DNA of 64,000 nt, taken from the NCBI GenBank assembly GCA_018238155.1, contig JABCTZ010000036.1:128001-192000 (forward strand). The letters are read 5' to 3'. Origin of the DNA: Candidatus Heimdallarchaeota archaeon (GTDB lineage: Archaea; Asgardarchaeota; Heimdallarchaeia; JABLTI01). This document shows, piece after piece, positions 9,248-19,108 of the stretch. The translations under genes were made by a program, and so were the position numbers. A model generated the notes under the pieces. The model worked only from the letters and a program-made list of their open reading frames with translations, was not told where the DNA came from and did not search any database. Numbering within the stretch: position 1 is the stretch's first letter; the number at the start of each line of letters is the position of its first letter.

Positions 9248-10519
9248 ATGGAGAAAATAATTTTGAAAATCAATAAAGAGATACAAGCATTCTTACAAGA
9301 ATATGCGAAGAAACGGTTTCTTGAATATGTAAAAATAGATACAACATCAGATGAAAATACCGGCACTTTTCCATCTACTGAAAGACAATTTAATCTAGCA
9401 AAAATCTTAGCAAAAGAACTGAAAGATTTGGGATTTCAGAATGTATCGATGGATGAGTTTTGCTATGTTTATGGAGATCTTCCTGCAACTAAAGGATTAG
9501 AAAAAGTTCAAGCATTTGGGTTAGTTGCTCATATGGATACTTCTCCTGCTGTAAGTGGTTCAAATGTTGAGCCTGTAATTCACAAAAACTATAATGGAAA
9601 ACCAATCAAATATCCAAAAAATAATGACATTCAACTAACAATAGAAGACTCTCCTGAATTGAAGAAATTTATTGGAATGGATATTATTACTTCTTCTGGT
9701 GATACTCTTTTAGGAGCAGACGATAAATCGGGTATAGCCGGAATTATGGCTGCAGCTGCAGCATGGCAAAAATACCCTGAATTAGAACATGGTCCAATAG
9801 TTATTTGTTTTACACCTGATGAAGAAATTGGTCATGGTACAACAAAAATAAACATGGAACGATTGCCCAACTTTTGTTATACTTTTGATGGAGGAGAAAT
9901 TGGTGAATTAGAGCTTGAGTGTTTTGATGCTTGGAAAGCGACAATTATTTTTAAGGGAGTAAGTGTTCATCCCGGCTACTCCAAAAACCTCATGGTCAAT
10001 GCAATTGAAATAGCTTGCAGATTTGCGTCTCAAATTCCTGAAGCAGAAACACCACAAAATACTGAAAAGAGAGAAGGTTTTTATCATTTATATACAATGG
10101 ATGGTAATTGTGTAAAAGCTCGAATAGTCTTTATTTTGAGAGATTTTGAGAAGGTGAATAATGAGAAAAGGATGACTTATCTAACTAAATTAAAAGAGAC
10201 TTTTGAAGAAAGATATCCTGGATTAACAATTGAATTAGATTTTGTTCATAGCTACGAAAATATGATTATCTATCTAAAAGAGCATCCTGACATTATCTCA
10301 AAAGCTGCTGAAGCAATCAAGCAAGCGGGTTTAGAATTAAATAAAACTTTGATTCGAGGTGGGACTGATGGTGCAAGATTGAGTGCTAGAGGCATTCCAA
10401 CTCCAAATATCTTTGCAGGAGGTGTTTTGTTTCATTCCTTGAAAGAATATATCCCAGTTCCTGCATTACAAAAATCTGCAGAAGTTGTTCTTTATCTAGC
10501 AAAAAATTGGGCAGTTTAG
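9248..10519 (+). CDS. pepT: Peptidase T (M20B tripeptide aminopeptidase)
   Basis: RFLEYVKIDTTSD, AHMDTSP, LLGADDKSG, FTPDEEIG, IRGGTDGARLS, FHSLKE. Confidence 0.95.
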   Translation: MEKIILKINKEIQAFLQEYAKKRFLEYVKIDTTSDENTGTFPSTERQFNLAKILAKELKDLGFQNVSMDEFCYVYGDLPATKGLEKVQAFGLVAHMDTSPAVSGSNVEPVIHKNYNGKPIKYPKNNDIQLTIEDSPELKKFIGMDIITSSGDTLLGADDKSGIAGIMAAAAAWQKYPELEHGPIVICFTPDEEIGHGTTKINMERLPNFCYTFDGGEIGELELECFDAWKATIIFKGVSVHPGYSKNLMVNAIEIACRFASQIPEAETPQNTEKREGFYHLYTMDGNCVKARIVFILRDFEKVNNEKRMTYLTKLKETFEERYPGLTIELDFVHSYENMIIYLKEHPDIISKAAEAIKQAGLELNKTLIRGGTDGARLSARGIPTPNIFAGGVLFHSLKEYIPVPALQKSAEVVLYLAKNWAV

Positions 10520-10735
10520 TATAATGTGGTAAAACAGCTAAATATCTCTATAAAAGTTAGAATTTAATTTCCAATATGTTCTAATCTTTACAGATTATTT
10601 TAATTTCAAATAAAACTAATATATTCAACAAGCAAAAATGATTTTTTTCTTTTTTTTAATAAATTACCTGGTTTATGAGCAAAATAGACAGTATTTTTTT
10701 ATCTAGTAAAACCACAGATACACGAGGAAAATGAA

Positions 10736-11143
10736 ATGAGAGTTGTTGAAATCGTACGAGTAGATGCTCGTGGAAGAATCACAATGCCAGCATCACTTCG
10801 AGAAACAATTGGTATTGCAGAAGGAATGCATGTAATGCTGATAGGTGATTTAGAAAAACTTGAAGTTCGACTGTTGCCTTTTGCTGATCCTGAAGCAGAT
10901 CTATATGAGCTGCATATTACACTTACTGATAAACCGGGTTCACTTGCAGAGATGGCTGCTTTTTTAGCTGAAAATAAGATAGATCTGTTATCAAGCCAAT
11001 CTAGAACTTTGAGGCGAGGTAAATCTGCAGAATGGTATCTTATAGTTGATATCTCTAAAAGTAGAAATGATTTAGAAAATGTTTGTGCTACTATTTCTGC
11101 ATCAGATGCAGCAGAAACAGCTGTCTATAAAAAATTCCAATAA
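10736..11143 (+). CDS. AbrB/MazE-type DNA-binding domain plus ACT domain regulator
   Basis: VRVDARGRITMPASLRETIGI (AbrB); DKPGSLAEMAAFLAENKIDL (ACT). Confidence 0.85.
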   Translation: MRVVEIVRVDARGRITMPASLRETIGIAEGMHVMLIGDLEKLEVRLLPFADPEADLYELHITLTDKPGSLAEMAAFLAENKIDLLSSQSRTLRRGKSAEWYLIVDISKSRNDLENVCATISASDAAETAVYKKFQ

Positions 11144-11318
11144 AATGATAAATTGTGTTGAATATTAGGTCATTTTTCAACCTTTTTTCTTTCTTCATTC
11201 ACTCAATTTAGGTTTTCATTCAAAACTTTTAATTATAAAAAAAAGTATTTCTTTAATGGGATACATTCAAAATGATTTATTCAATCAATATGGCTTGCTT
11301 GGAGCGTGTAAGTAAGAA

Positions 11319-12110
11319 ATGAGTAATGAAGAAAAATCATCTAAAAAAGTTAAATCAACAAAGGGTACTGCTAAAACGAAAAAAACATCAACTAGTTCAA
11401 CAAAGAAGAAAACATCCTCTTCGACTAAAAAGAAAGTAAGTAAACAACCAAAAACAAAACCAAAACAACCAAAGAAAGAGGATTTTGAAGCAGGTGGTGT
11501 TGATGATTCTCTCCTCCTAGATGGAATTAATTATATTGAGGATAACAAACTAGATACTGCTTTGGAAGCATTTGAAGATTTCACTAATAAATACCCAAAA
11601 AATCACTTCGGTTGGTATTACATCGGGTACACAAAGATGCTTCAAGATAAGAAAAAAATCGCTGTGAAGAATTTCAAAAAAGCTTCTAAATTGAATAATA
11701 CCTTTTTACCAAGTTTGTATTATGAAGGGTTAGTAGAGTTTGAAAACAATAATTTTGTTGACGCATTGAAAGTTTTTGATGGTATAATGGAGAAATTCAA
11801 TTCTGATGTAATTAAAGACAGTAATTTTAATATTCCATATTTCATTGGGATTTGCCATCATTATTTGGGTAATCTACAACGAGCAGAAGAATATTTCTTA
11901 TTTGCCTACAATATGTCTCCTGATGATCCTGTTGTGCTCTATTACAAAGGATTCAATGAATTAGCTATGAGAAATTATGATTTTGCTATGGAAACGTTCA
12001 AAAATTTATTGATGGTAGATATGAATTATCAAACTTTTTGGGATTTGGTAAAAGGCTACAGTTATTACTATCACCAAGCAGATGATAAAAAAAATTCAGA
12101 AGAAGAATAA
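11319..12110 (+). CDS. TPR protein with K/S/T-rich N-terminal tail
   Basis: TPR patterns (WYYIG, YYEG, YFIG, YYKG); low-complexity first 55 aa or so. Confidence 0.8.
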   Translation: MSNEEKSSKKVKSTKGTAKTKKTSTSSTKKKTSSSTKKKVSKQPKTKPKQPKKEDFEAGGVDDSLLLDGINYIEDNKLDTALEAFEDFTNKYPKNHFGWYYIGYTKMLQDKKKIAVKNFKKASKLNNTFLPSLYYEGLVEFENNNFVDALKVFDGIMEKFNSDVIKDSNFNIPYFIGICHHYLGNLQRAEEYFLFAYNMSPDDPVVLYYKGFNELAMRNYDFAMETFKNLLMVDMNYQTFWDLVKGYSYYYHQADDKKNSEEE

Positions 12111-12222
12111 TCTATCCTTCTTCAATTATTTTCTCTTTTTGAATTACATTTTTTAGAGAAGAAATTTATTTAAAGCATTTGTAGTTAGAACATCTGCTAG
12201 AAGAAGTCTTAAGAAAAAATAC

Positions 12223-14304
12223 TTGGAAGAAGAAACATTGACTACTAAAAAAATACGTTCACTCCTTTCTAATGAAGAACAAGAATTAATCAAATTAATT
12301 GGTTTCATCTCAAAAAGATATTCTTGGGAAACAAAAACACATCTCATACAAAGAGCTCAGTTGAAAAAGAAAAAGGATAAAAAAAGAACCAAATTTCTAC
12401 AAAAAATCGACTCAAAAAGAACTAAGCGTAAATATGTAGAGAGAATGAAGATACCTCTTCTTCCTTTACTTCTTAGTCAAGCTCTTACTCAAGGCATTCC
12501 TTTGAGAGAACCTCAACGAAAGAAAGGTAGCAGAGAAGAACCAAAACAATTGCTTGTTGATGTTCAAGAAAAATTCATTCCATCACAAGAATTCACTCAG
12601 TTTATTGAAGAGAATGATCTTTTCACTGAAAATGAATTTATTGAAGATTTACCTTTAAAAGACTTACAATTTATCTCCGACAAAATTTATTTACAGAGAA
12701 TAGATGCTGATAATTCTAAGATTCTCGTAAAAATGTATGTTAATTGGGGATACCTCTCTGAAGATAAATTGCCTTTATTTATTGATAAAAATGGGAATGA
12801 ACTTGCATATTGTTTAATTCATGTTTCTGATATTGAAAATAAATCGGTAGCTGTTTTCCCTTTAACACATAGATCACATTATCTTAGTGATATTGAAAAG
12901 ACAGCAGATTCATTATTTATTGGTATGATTTCTGAATTGAAACCAAATACAAAGTACAAGTATAGAATTGAATGCTATAAGAAAGAATGTTCTACCATTT
13001 TTGCTAGAACTAAATTATTTGCTTTTAGAACATCATTTAACTTGAATGAAAAAAACAAGCCAATTTTCTTCTCAGTAAGTTCAGATTTGCATGGAGGAAG
13101 AGATGGTGGATTTTTGCGTGGAAAAGTTCAAGCTTCAATACCAATAGGAAACACCGATTTAGGGCGAGTATTTCGAAGTTTGGTAGCAACAGAACAAAAA
13201 ATCACCTTTGGAGAAGGGTATTCTTTAGCTGTGGCAACTGGTGATTTAACTGAAAATGCTTTCTACAGTGAATATTGGGCTGATTTATTTACAAGATGTA
13301 GTCCTTTGTGGAATCATGTCCCTCTTTTAACCACTATTGGAAACCATGATTATTACACTGGTGGCAAAGGTCGGGGGCATGTATTGGGTGGTTTAGATGA
13401 AGATTGTCGATATTGGCATAAATATATTACAAATCCAGTTACAGGTCCAGGTGTGTTGCCTGGTCATTGGTATTCAATTGATCAAGGTAACGTTCATATG
13501 ATTTTTCTTGATACAAACGGTACTGGTTGGGGAAAATACAACATTGATTGTAATTCTGCTCAATGGCATTGGCTCGAAAATGATTTGAAAACATGGCGAG
13601 AAAAATTAGATCGAGGAGAAAAAGCCCCTGAAACCTGTCTTGTTTTCTTCCATTCGGCAATTTTTAGTTGTGGATTTTGGGGGCAAGGATTTGATTGGGG
13701 TAATGATGAAAAAGTTCAATCATACCTTACTCCCTTATTTAGAAAATATGGTGTAAGGATGGTACTCTTTGGACATGATCATATTTACCAGCGAACAAAA
13801 TGGATGAATACCCACTACCTTGTAAATGGACGTCATGGAGGAACAATGAGACCCGATTTCTTTTTCTTGAGAAACCGTGCATTATTTGATATTAATAGAT
13901 CGAGTAACAATAGAACTACAAGAGTTTATACTACATTTTATGTTCCTCCAAATAACAAACACTCTACAGATGAAGATCAAAGTGATTTTGTACTCTTCAA
14001 GAAAAAAATTCGCAATCAATTATTGAGTGAACCTACAAGCAGTTTCTTTTTCTTTGGACTTAGGAGAAATAATGTTCAAATTGGACGTATTTTTGATAAA
14101 CACAAGGAGAAAAAAGAGAAGCTTATCGATGATTTTATTCTGCCAAAGTTGGACACTCATTTATGGTTGAGAGCATTTGCTGTAGAACTGAACTCAGAAC
14201 CCAACGAAATGGAAATATTCGATATGGCATTTATTAGAATGACACCAATTGATACACAAGATAAACACTACATCTTCTCCTGCCCGGAGAAAGTAGTTAA
14301 TTGA
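12223..14304 (+). CDS. Purple-acid-phosphatase-like metallophosphoesterase with FN3-like domain
   Basis: SDLH, TGDL, GNHD, FHS, GHDHIYQR; LKPNTKYKYRI FN3 motif; start codon uncertain. Confidence 0.85.
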   Translation: MEEETLTTKKIRSLLSNEEQELIKLIGFISKRYSWETKTHLIQRAQLKKKKDKKRTKFLQKIDSKRTKRKYVERMKIPLLPLLLSQALTQGIPLREPQRKKGSREEPKQLLVDVQEKFIPSQEFTQFIEENDLFTENEFIEDLPLKDLQFISDKIYLQRIDADNSKILVKMYVNWGYLSEDKLPLFIDKNGNELAYCLIHVSDIENKSVAVFPLTHRSHYLSDIEKTADSLFIGMISELKPNTKYKYRIECYKKECSTIFARTKLFAFRTSFNLNEKNKPIFFSVSSDLHGGRDGGFLRGKVQASIPIGNTDLGRVFRSLVATEQKITFGEGYSLAVATGDLTENAFYSEYWADLFTRCSPLWNHVPLLTTIGNHDYYTGGKGRGHVLGGLDEDCRYWHKYITNPVTGPGVLPGHWYSIDQGNVHMIFLDTNGTGWGKYNIDCNSAQWHWLENDLKTWREKLDRGEKAPETCLVFFHSAIFSCGFWGQGFDWGNDEKVQSYLTPLFRKYGVRMVLFGHDHIYQRTKWMNTHYLVNGRHGGTMRPDFFFLRNRALFDINRSSNNRTTRVYTTFYVPPNNKHSTDEDQSDFVLFKKKIRNQLLSEPTSSFFFFGLRRNNVQIGRIFDKHKEKKEKLIDDFILPKLDTHLWLRAFAVELNSEPNEMEIFDMAFIRMTPIDTQDKHYIFSCPEKVVN

Positions 14305-14328
14305 TTAAAGGCAGAAAGATAAGCTCAA

Positions 14329-15342
14329 ATGAGTATATGTGAAATGACACACGAAAAAATGATTGAAAAGGGAATGAATCTCCTTTCTAAAAACCGAATT
14401 GAAGAAGCAATAAGAGAATTCAAAGCTGCTCTTAATATTGATCCCTCAAATTATGAGGGTTTATTGAATATCGGAATTGCATATGGTAGACTTGGCAACC
14501 ATCAAGAAGCAATAGTTTGGTTAAAGAAACTATTGAATTCTTTTCCAGATGATGCTAAGACTCTCTTTAATATTGGCATTGGTTATCGAGAATTAGGTAA
14601 TATAGAAAACGCAATAGAATATTCAAAAAGATCTGTTAATTCAAACCCACTAAATCTAGATGCGTGGTTAAATCTCGCTATTATTTACTTTCAGCAACAA
14701 GAATATGAATCAGCTGCGGGTGCATTTGAGAAGGTTTTAGTAATAAAACCGGAAGATGAAAAAATTTGGGAAAGCTTGGGTTTATGCTATTTAAAGTGGA
14801 ATAAATATAATAAGGCAATCGAATCATTCACAAAATCAATCAATTTTGAACATGTGAGACCTACTGCTTGGAATAATCGAGGAAAAGCATATCAAGAAAA
14901 CAAACAATACTCAGAAGCAATAAATGACTACAAAGAAGCATTGAAATTACGACCTGATTATAGTTACTCTTTAATGGGTTCTGGAGTTTCAAATTTACTT
15001 TTAGGTAACTTTACAGAAGCGATTAAATTTTTCAAAAAAGTAACCAAATTATATCCAGAGGAATTATCTGCTTGGACTGAACTTGCTACTGCTTATGAGT
15101 TAAATGAGAATTTCCAAGGAGCAAGAGATACGTATTTGGAGCTTTTAAAAAGTCAACCAGATAATGAAATGATTCTACTTGAACTAGCAAATATTCACTT
15201 GAAACTTAATGAAGAAAAAAAGGTGCTAAAAATTTTCAGTAAATTAATTTCTGTTACTCCTGAGAATAAAGAAATTATTCGTAGCATTCCAGCATTCAAA
15301 GAATTAATGCATAAAAAAGAATTCAAGAGTTTGTTGAAATGA
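14329..15342 (+). CDS. TPR repeat protein
   Basis: About 9 canonical 34-aa TPRs (e.g. AWNNRGKAYQENKQYSEAINDYKEALKLRP). Confidence 0.92.
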   Translation: MSICEMTHEKMIEKGMNLLSKNRIEEAIREFKAALNIDPSNYEGLLNIGIAYGRLGNHQEAIVWLKKLLNSFPDDAKTLFNIGIGYRELGNIENAIEYSKRSVNSNPLNLDAWLNLAIIYFQQQEYESAAGAFEKVLVIKPEDEKIWESLGLCYLKWNKYNKAIESFTKSINFEHVRPTAWNNRGKAYQENKQYSEAINDYKEALKLRPDYSYSLMGSGVSNLLLGNFTEAIKFFKKVTKLYPEELSAWTELATAYELNENFQGARDTYLELLKSQPDNEMILLELANIHLKLNEEKKVLKIFSKLISVTPENKEIIRSIPAFKELMHKKEFKSLLK

Positions 15343-15442
15343 AAAGTTGATTATTCAAATTCTGTTTTCTTTTGAGAGGAAACTTTATATCAAGAATGAA
15401 TCAATTTGAATCTGATAACTTATGTTTTTTAGGTGAATAACC

Positions 15443-16723
15443 TTGGTTGATCTTAAGAAGAAATTACTAATATCAGACGATAAGCTAAAAACTATCAATG
15501 ATTTCTTTCTCAAAGAAGATAATCCGGTGATAGATGATTTATTAGCCGTTGTTGAAAAATACGGCGGTGTTGAAGAAATAAACAAAAAAGCTAACGAAGC
15601 ACGTAAATTGGATACTTTGCTAGCTAAATTGGAAAAAGTAAAACCAGAGTATGTTAAAGATTTGAACTGGTTAATAGAACAACGAGATAATGGTGCATTC
15701 ATTAGTATAGCTGATTATCGCAAAAAGATTCTCGGTGATAAAGCAGCTACAATGACTTTTGATGAGTCGTATGCAGTTACTCTTGAAATAAGTGCTTGTC
15801 AATACTTTCCATTTTTAATGGCTGAAGCAAAACAAGCAATTGAGAAGCAAGAATTAATGCCTGCAAGATATATTCGCGTCAGAAAAATGAAAGAACAAGA
15901 AGAAGATGGTGACATTCTTGCAATGGCTGCAGCAATGCAGATTATTGACGCATCTTATGTAGAAACCTTGGATACAAAAGGAACTGCTCCCGGACCTGAT
16001 GGCGCACCTGTAAATGTTCATCTTGGTGGTCCAGCTACTATTACTGGCTATTTCGGTGGAGTTGGTCAACCAAATGATTTTGGCATTAAATGGATTGACG
16101 AATTCTTGTATTATTACACTGAATATGGCATTAAGCAAGTTTTGAACATCAATCCTGGTACAGTCTTGCTTGGATATATGTTACACAAATTAGGTGTTGA
16201 TATGGAATTCAAAATCTCAGTTTTTATGGGAAATGATAATCCATACGCCTGTTTCTGGACATTAATGACAGCAAAACTCTTTAGCAGAGATGATGGGACA
16301 AGTCCATTGATTGGTTTTAATCTATCGAATTCTGTTAACAATAAAACTATGGAAGTCACTGCAGACTTTAGAAAAGATTTTGGTTTTGAAGACATAGTTC
16401 GATTTGAGCACCACATAACTGAAACATATAAGCACATTGTTAGACAACCATATGATCGAACAGATGAACTTGTAGAGTTAGCAAAGACTGTGAAAAATGT
16501 CAGTGCTAAACACGAAGGCGGGAAAGTGGCGATAGAAGAAACACGAAAATATCAATCTGATATTTTAGATTACTTTAGAGATAAATCTGAAGTAATTGAA
16601 AAAGGGGATATGGAAAATATGATGATCAATTATCTAGACAAACATCATTCATTGAATTTCACTGCAGAAGCTTTAACCAAGAACGGTTTGACCTTTATAG
16701 CTGCAGGAAAATTACACAAATGA
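15443..16723 (+). CDS. Conserved hypothetical cytoplasmic protein, likely an enzyme, co-transcribed with the DapA-Fae fusion
   Basis: 426-aa ORF with Gly/His-rich blocks (VHLGGPATITGYFGGVG, EHHITE, SAKHEGG); 25 bp from the next gene. Confidence 0.7.
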   Translation: MVDLKKKLLISDDKLKTINDFFLKEDNPVIDDLLAVVEKYGGVEEINKKANEARKLDTLLAKLEKVKPEYVKDLNWLIEQRDNGAFISIADYRKKILGDKAATMTFDESYAVTLEISACQYFPFLMAEAKQAIEKQELMPARYIRVRKMKEQEEDGDILAMAAAMQIIDASYVETLDTKGTAPGPDGAPVNVHLGGPATITGYFGGVGQPNDFGIKWIDEFLYYYTEYGIKQVLNINPGTVLLGYMLHKLGVDMEFKISVFMGNDNPYACFWTLMTAKLFSRDDGTSPLIGFNLSNSVNNKTMEVTADFRKDFGFEDIVRFEHHITETYKHIVRQPYDRTDELVELAKTVKNVSAKHEGGKVAIEETRKYQSDILDYFRDKSEVIEKGDMENMMINYLDKHHSLNFTAEALTKNGLTFIAAGKLHK

Positions 16724-16748
16724 AAAATGTTAATGGGAGCTGAAAATA

Positions 16749-18263
16749 TTGGCTAAATTCTTACCCGGAGGAGTCAGTCCAGCGTTAGTGACTCCTTTTA
16801 CTAAAAAAGATGAACTTGATGAAGAAGCTTATCGAAAACTGATCAGATTTGTTATCGATGACTTAGGTGTTACTGGAATTGTTCCTGCAGGCTCGACTGG
16901 AGAATTCTCCTCTCTCTTTTGGGATGAACAAAAGAGAATAATAGAAATTGCTGTTGAAGAAGCAAATGGAAAAGTAGATGTGATGGCTGGAACTGGTACT
17001 AGTGGTACTAAACGAACAATCGCAATGACCAAACATGCAAAAGATGTTGGTGCAGATGCTGCATTAGTTATTACTCCTTATTACATGAAACCAACCCAAA
17101 GAGGGTTGTACAAACATTACTCAACACTTGCAGATAAAGTTGATATGCCAATAATGGTGTATCAATTACCCGCTTTGACTGACGTAGTTTTACCGCGAAT
17201 GGTAGTCGAAGATTTAGCAGTTGAACATGAGAATATTGTTGGTATGAAATGTTCTTGGGGAAGCATGCCTTATCTTATGGAAATACTCGAGAGAGTAAAA
17301 CCTGTTGCCCCTGACTTTAAGATCTTGTGTGGTTGGGATGAAATTGTATTCCCAGCACTCGCAGCCGGTGTAGATGGATGTATCCTTGCTTCAGCTAATT
17401 TCATAGGAGACCATTGGGTTAAAATCAAGAAATTGGTTGATACCGGAAAATTCGTAGAAGCACGCAAAGCTGAAATGGAAATCCACAAGCTAACACGCAT
17501 AGCCGTGAAAACTGGTGGAGCAGGAGCAAAAGAAGCACTCAATATGATGGGCATTAAAGTACGAAAACCAAGACTACCATTAGAAATTGGTGGAAGTATC
17601 AGTCACGAGCTTCGTTCTGAATTGCGTCTTGAACTTGAGAGAATTGGTAAGATCAAGAAAGAAGTTAGAATTGCTTTACCAGAAACCAAAGAGAAAATCG
17701 AAGAACGATTTGGAGCTGTGGAAATTACTCTTGAAACAATCCTCCAAAACAAACTCTTGGTTGGTGAAGGCTTCTTTGGTGGTGATCGCCCAGAAATGGC
17801 TCATATAGATCTTCTAATTGGTCCTCGAGATGGACCAGTAGGAGTAGCTTTTGCAAAAGGTATTGCTTTAGTGAAAGACGATCCTTCTACAGTCGAAGGA
17901 CACGAACCATTATTAGCTCTTCTTGAAACCAATGAGTCTGTGAAACCTGAAACATTGTTAGTTCCAAAAGTATTCATCCGAAATCTACGACAAGCAGCAA
18001 TGGTTTTTGGACCAGTACAATCAGGTGTTGCTAAAGCAGTTATAGAATGTGTGAAAGATGGTTTTATTCCTGAAAAGTATGTGAAAGATCTAGTCATTAT
18101 TGCTAGTGTCTTTGTACATCCAACAGCTGTCTCAAGAAATCGAGTCTATGTGAATAACAAAAAAGCAACTGTTATGGCTATTAGGAACGCTATAGAAGGA
18201 AAACCAGATTTGGATTACTTGTTCGATGCTCCTGGAAGGCATCCACTAAAGAATGAACCATAA
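16749..18263 (+). CDS. Fusion: DapA/NAL-family class I aldolase plus formaldehyde-activating enzyme (Fae) domain
   Basis: N-terminal ALVTPF, GSTGE, TPYY, catalytic Y (MVYQLP) and K (GMKCS); C-terminal VGEG..EMAHIDLLIGPRDGPVG, VKPETLLVPKV, FGPVQSGVAKAV, VFVHP. Confidence 0.88.
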   Translation: MAKFLPGGVSPALVTPFTKKDELDEEAYRKLIRFVIDDLGVTGIVPAGSTGEFSSLFWDEQKRIIEIAVEEANGKVDVMAGTGTSGTKRTIAMTKHAKDVGADAALVITPYYMKPTQRGLYKHYSTLADKVDMPIMVYQLPALTDVVLPRMVVEDLAVEHENIVGMKCSWGSMPYLMEILERVKPVAPDFKILCGWDEIVFPALAAGVDGCILASANFIGDHWVKIKKLVDTGKFVEARKAEMEIHKLTRIAVKTGGAGAKEALNMMGIKVRKPRLPLEIGGSISHELRSELRLELERIGKIKKEVRIALPETKEKIEERFGAVEITLETILQNKLLVGEGFFGGDRPEMAHIDLLIGPRDGPVGVAFAKGIALVKDDPSTVEGHEPLLALLETNESVKPETLLVPKVFIRNLRQAAMVFGPVQSGVAKAVIECVKDGFIPEKYVKDLVIIASVFVHPTAVSRNRVYVNNKKATVMAIRNAIEGKPDLDYLFDAPGRHPLKNEP

Positions 18264-18324
18264 ATCTCATTCTTTTCTCTCTCTTTTTTGAGCAATCGAT
18301 TTTTTTCATCTACTCAGATCGTTT

Positions 18325-19104
18325 CTATTGCTTACCTTTTCTGAAGCTAACTAATTCCGGTTGAACAAAATTCAATGCTTTTTCGAATCTCTTCTTATCC
18401 CTTTTCATTCCAAGAAATTTAGTTATTTGTTTAATAGTTTTCTCAGATTTGTTAAGTAAATCATCAAAAGTAATTATTAGGCATTTCTTATTTTCAGTAA
18501 CCTTATCCATTTTTGAGTATGAGCTGGTTATTAGTTGTTCGAGGAATTTTTTGTTTTCTAATAATCTTCCATTTGCAAAATAATTTGCTAATAATCTTAT
18601 GACCAAATATGTTCGATAAATATGGTTATCGAAGAGGCTTAGCTCATGATTGAATGATGAATAGAAATTAGTTTGAACGCTGATTTTCATAATTGAATTT
18701 GCAATTTGTTTCACATCTCTCTTTAGAATTATGTAATGTGGATTTTCAAGCAAACTATCAATATAATATATTATGTGAAATGATGATGGATCTTTCCAAC
18801 CCCAATATGGTTCTTTTCTATTTCTAGCAATTGTTTCCAGAGTTAGTTCCCAGTTTTTCTCAACTGCTTGTTTAATTTTAGATTCTGAAGGATAATCAAA
18901 ATAGATTCCTGAAGAACCTGCATCATATAAAATTCTATGACTTAATTTTAAAAAATCTTGATTTTCAAAACAACCATACTTGTTAACATGTTGCCCTTTT
19001 ATCAGATCACTTTTCTTTCCCATGTACACTCCTAAATAATGTAAAATACCAGAGAGCACGGTAGACCCTGATCGCAACAAACATAATGGTATAACTGTTT
19101 TCAT
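18325..19104 (-). CDS. Sulfotransferase-family protein
   Basis: RSGST 5'-PSB loop, GCFEN, WGWKDP, RD...ANS, ITFDDLL. Confidence 0.8.
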   Translation of the reverse strand: MKTVIPLCLLRSGSTVLSGILHYLGVYMGKKSDLIKGQHVNKYGCFENQDFLKLSHRILYDAGSSGIYFDYPSESKIKQAVEKNWELTLETIARNRKEPYWGWKDPSSFHIIYYIDSLLENPHYIILKRDVKQIANSIMKISVQTNFYSSFNHELSLFDNHIYRTYLVIRLLANYFANGRLLENKKFLEQLITSSYSKMDKVTENKKCLIITFDDLLNKSEKTIKQITKFLGMKRDKKRFEKALNFVQPELVSFRKGKQ

Positions 19105-19108
19105 TTAG

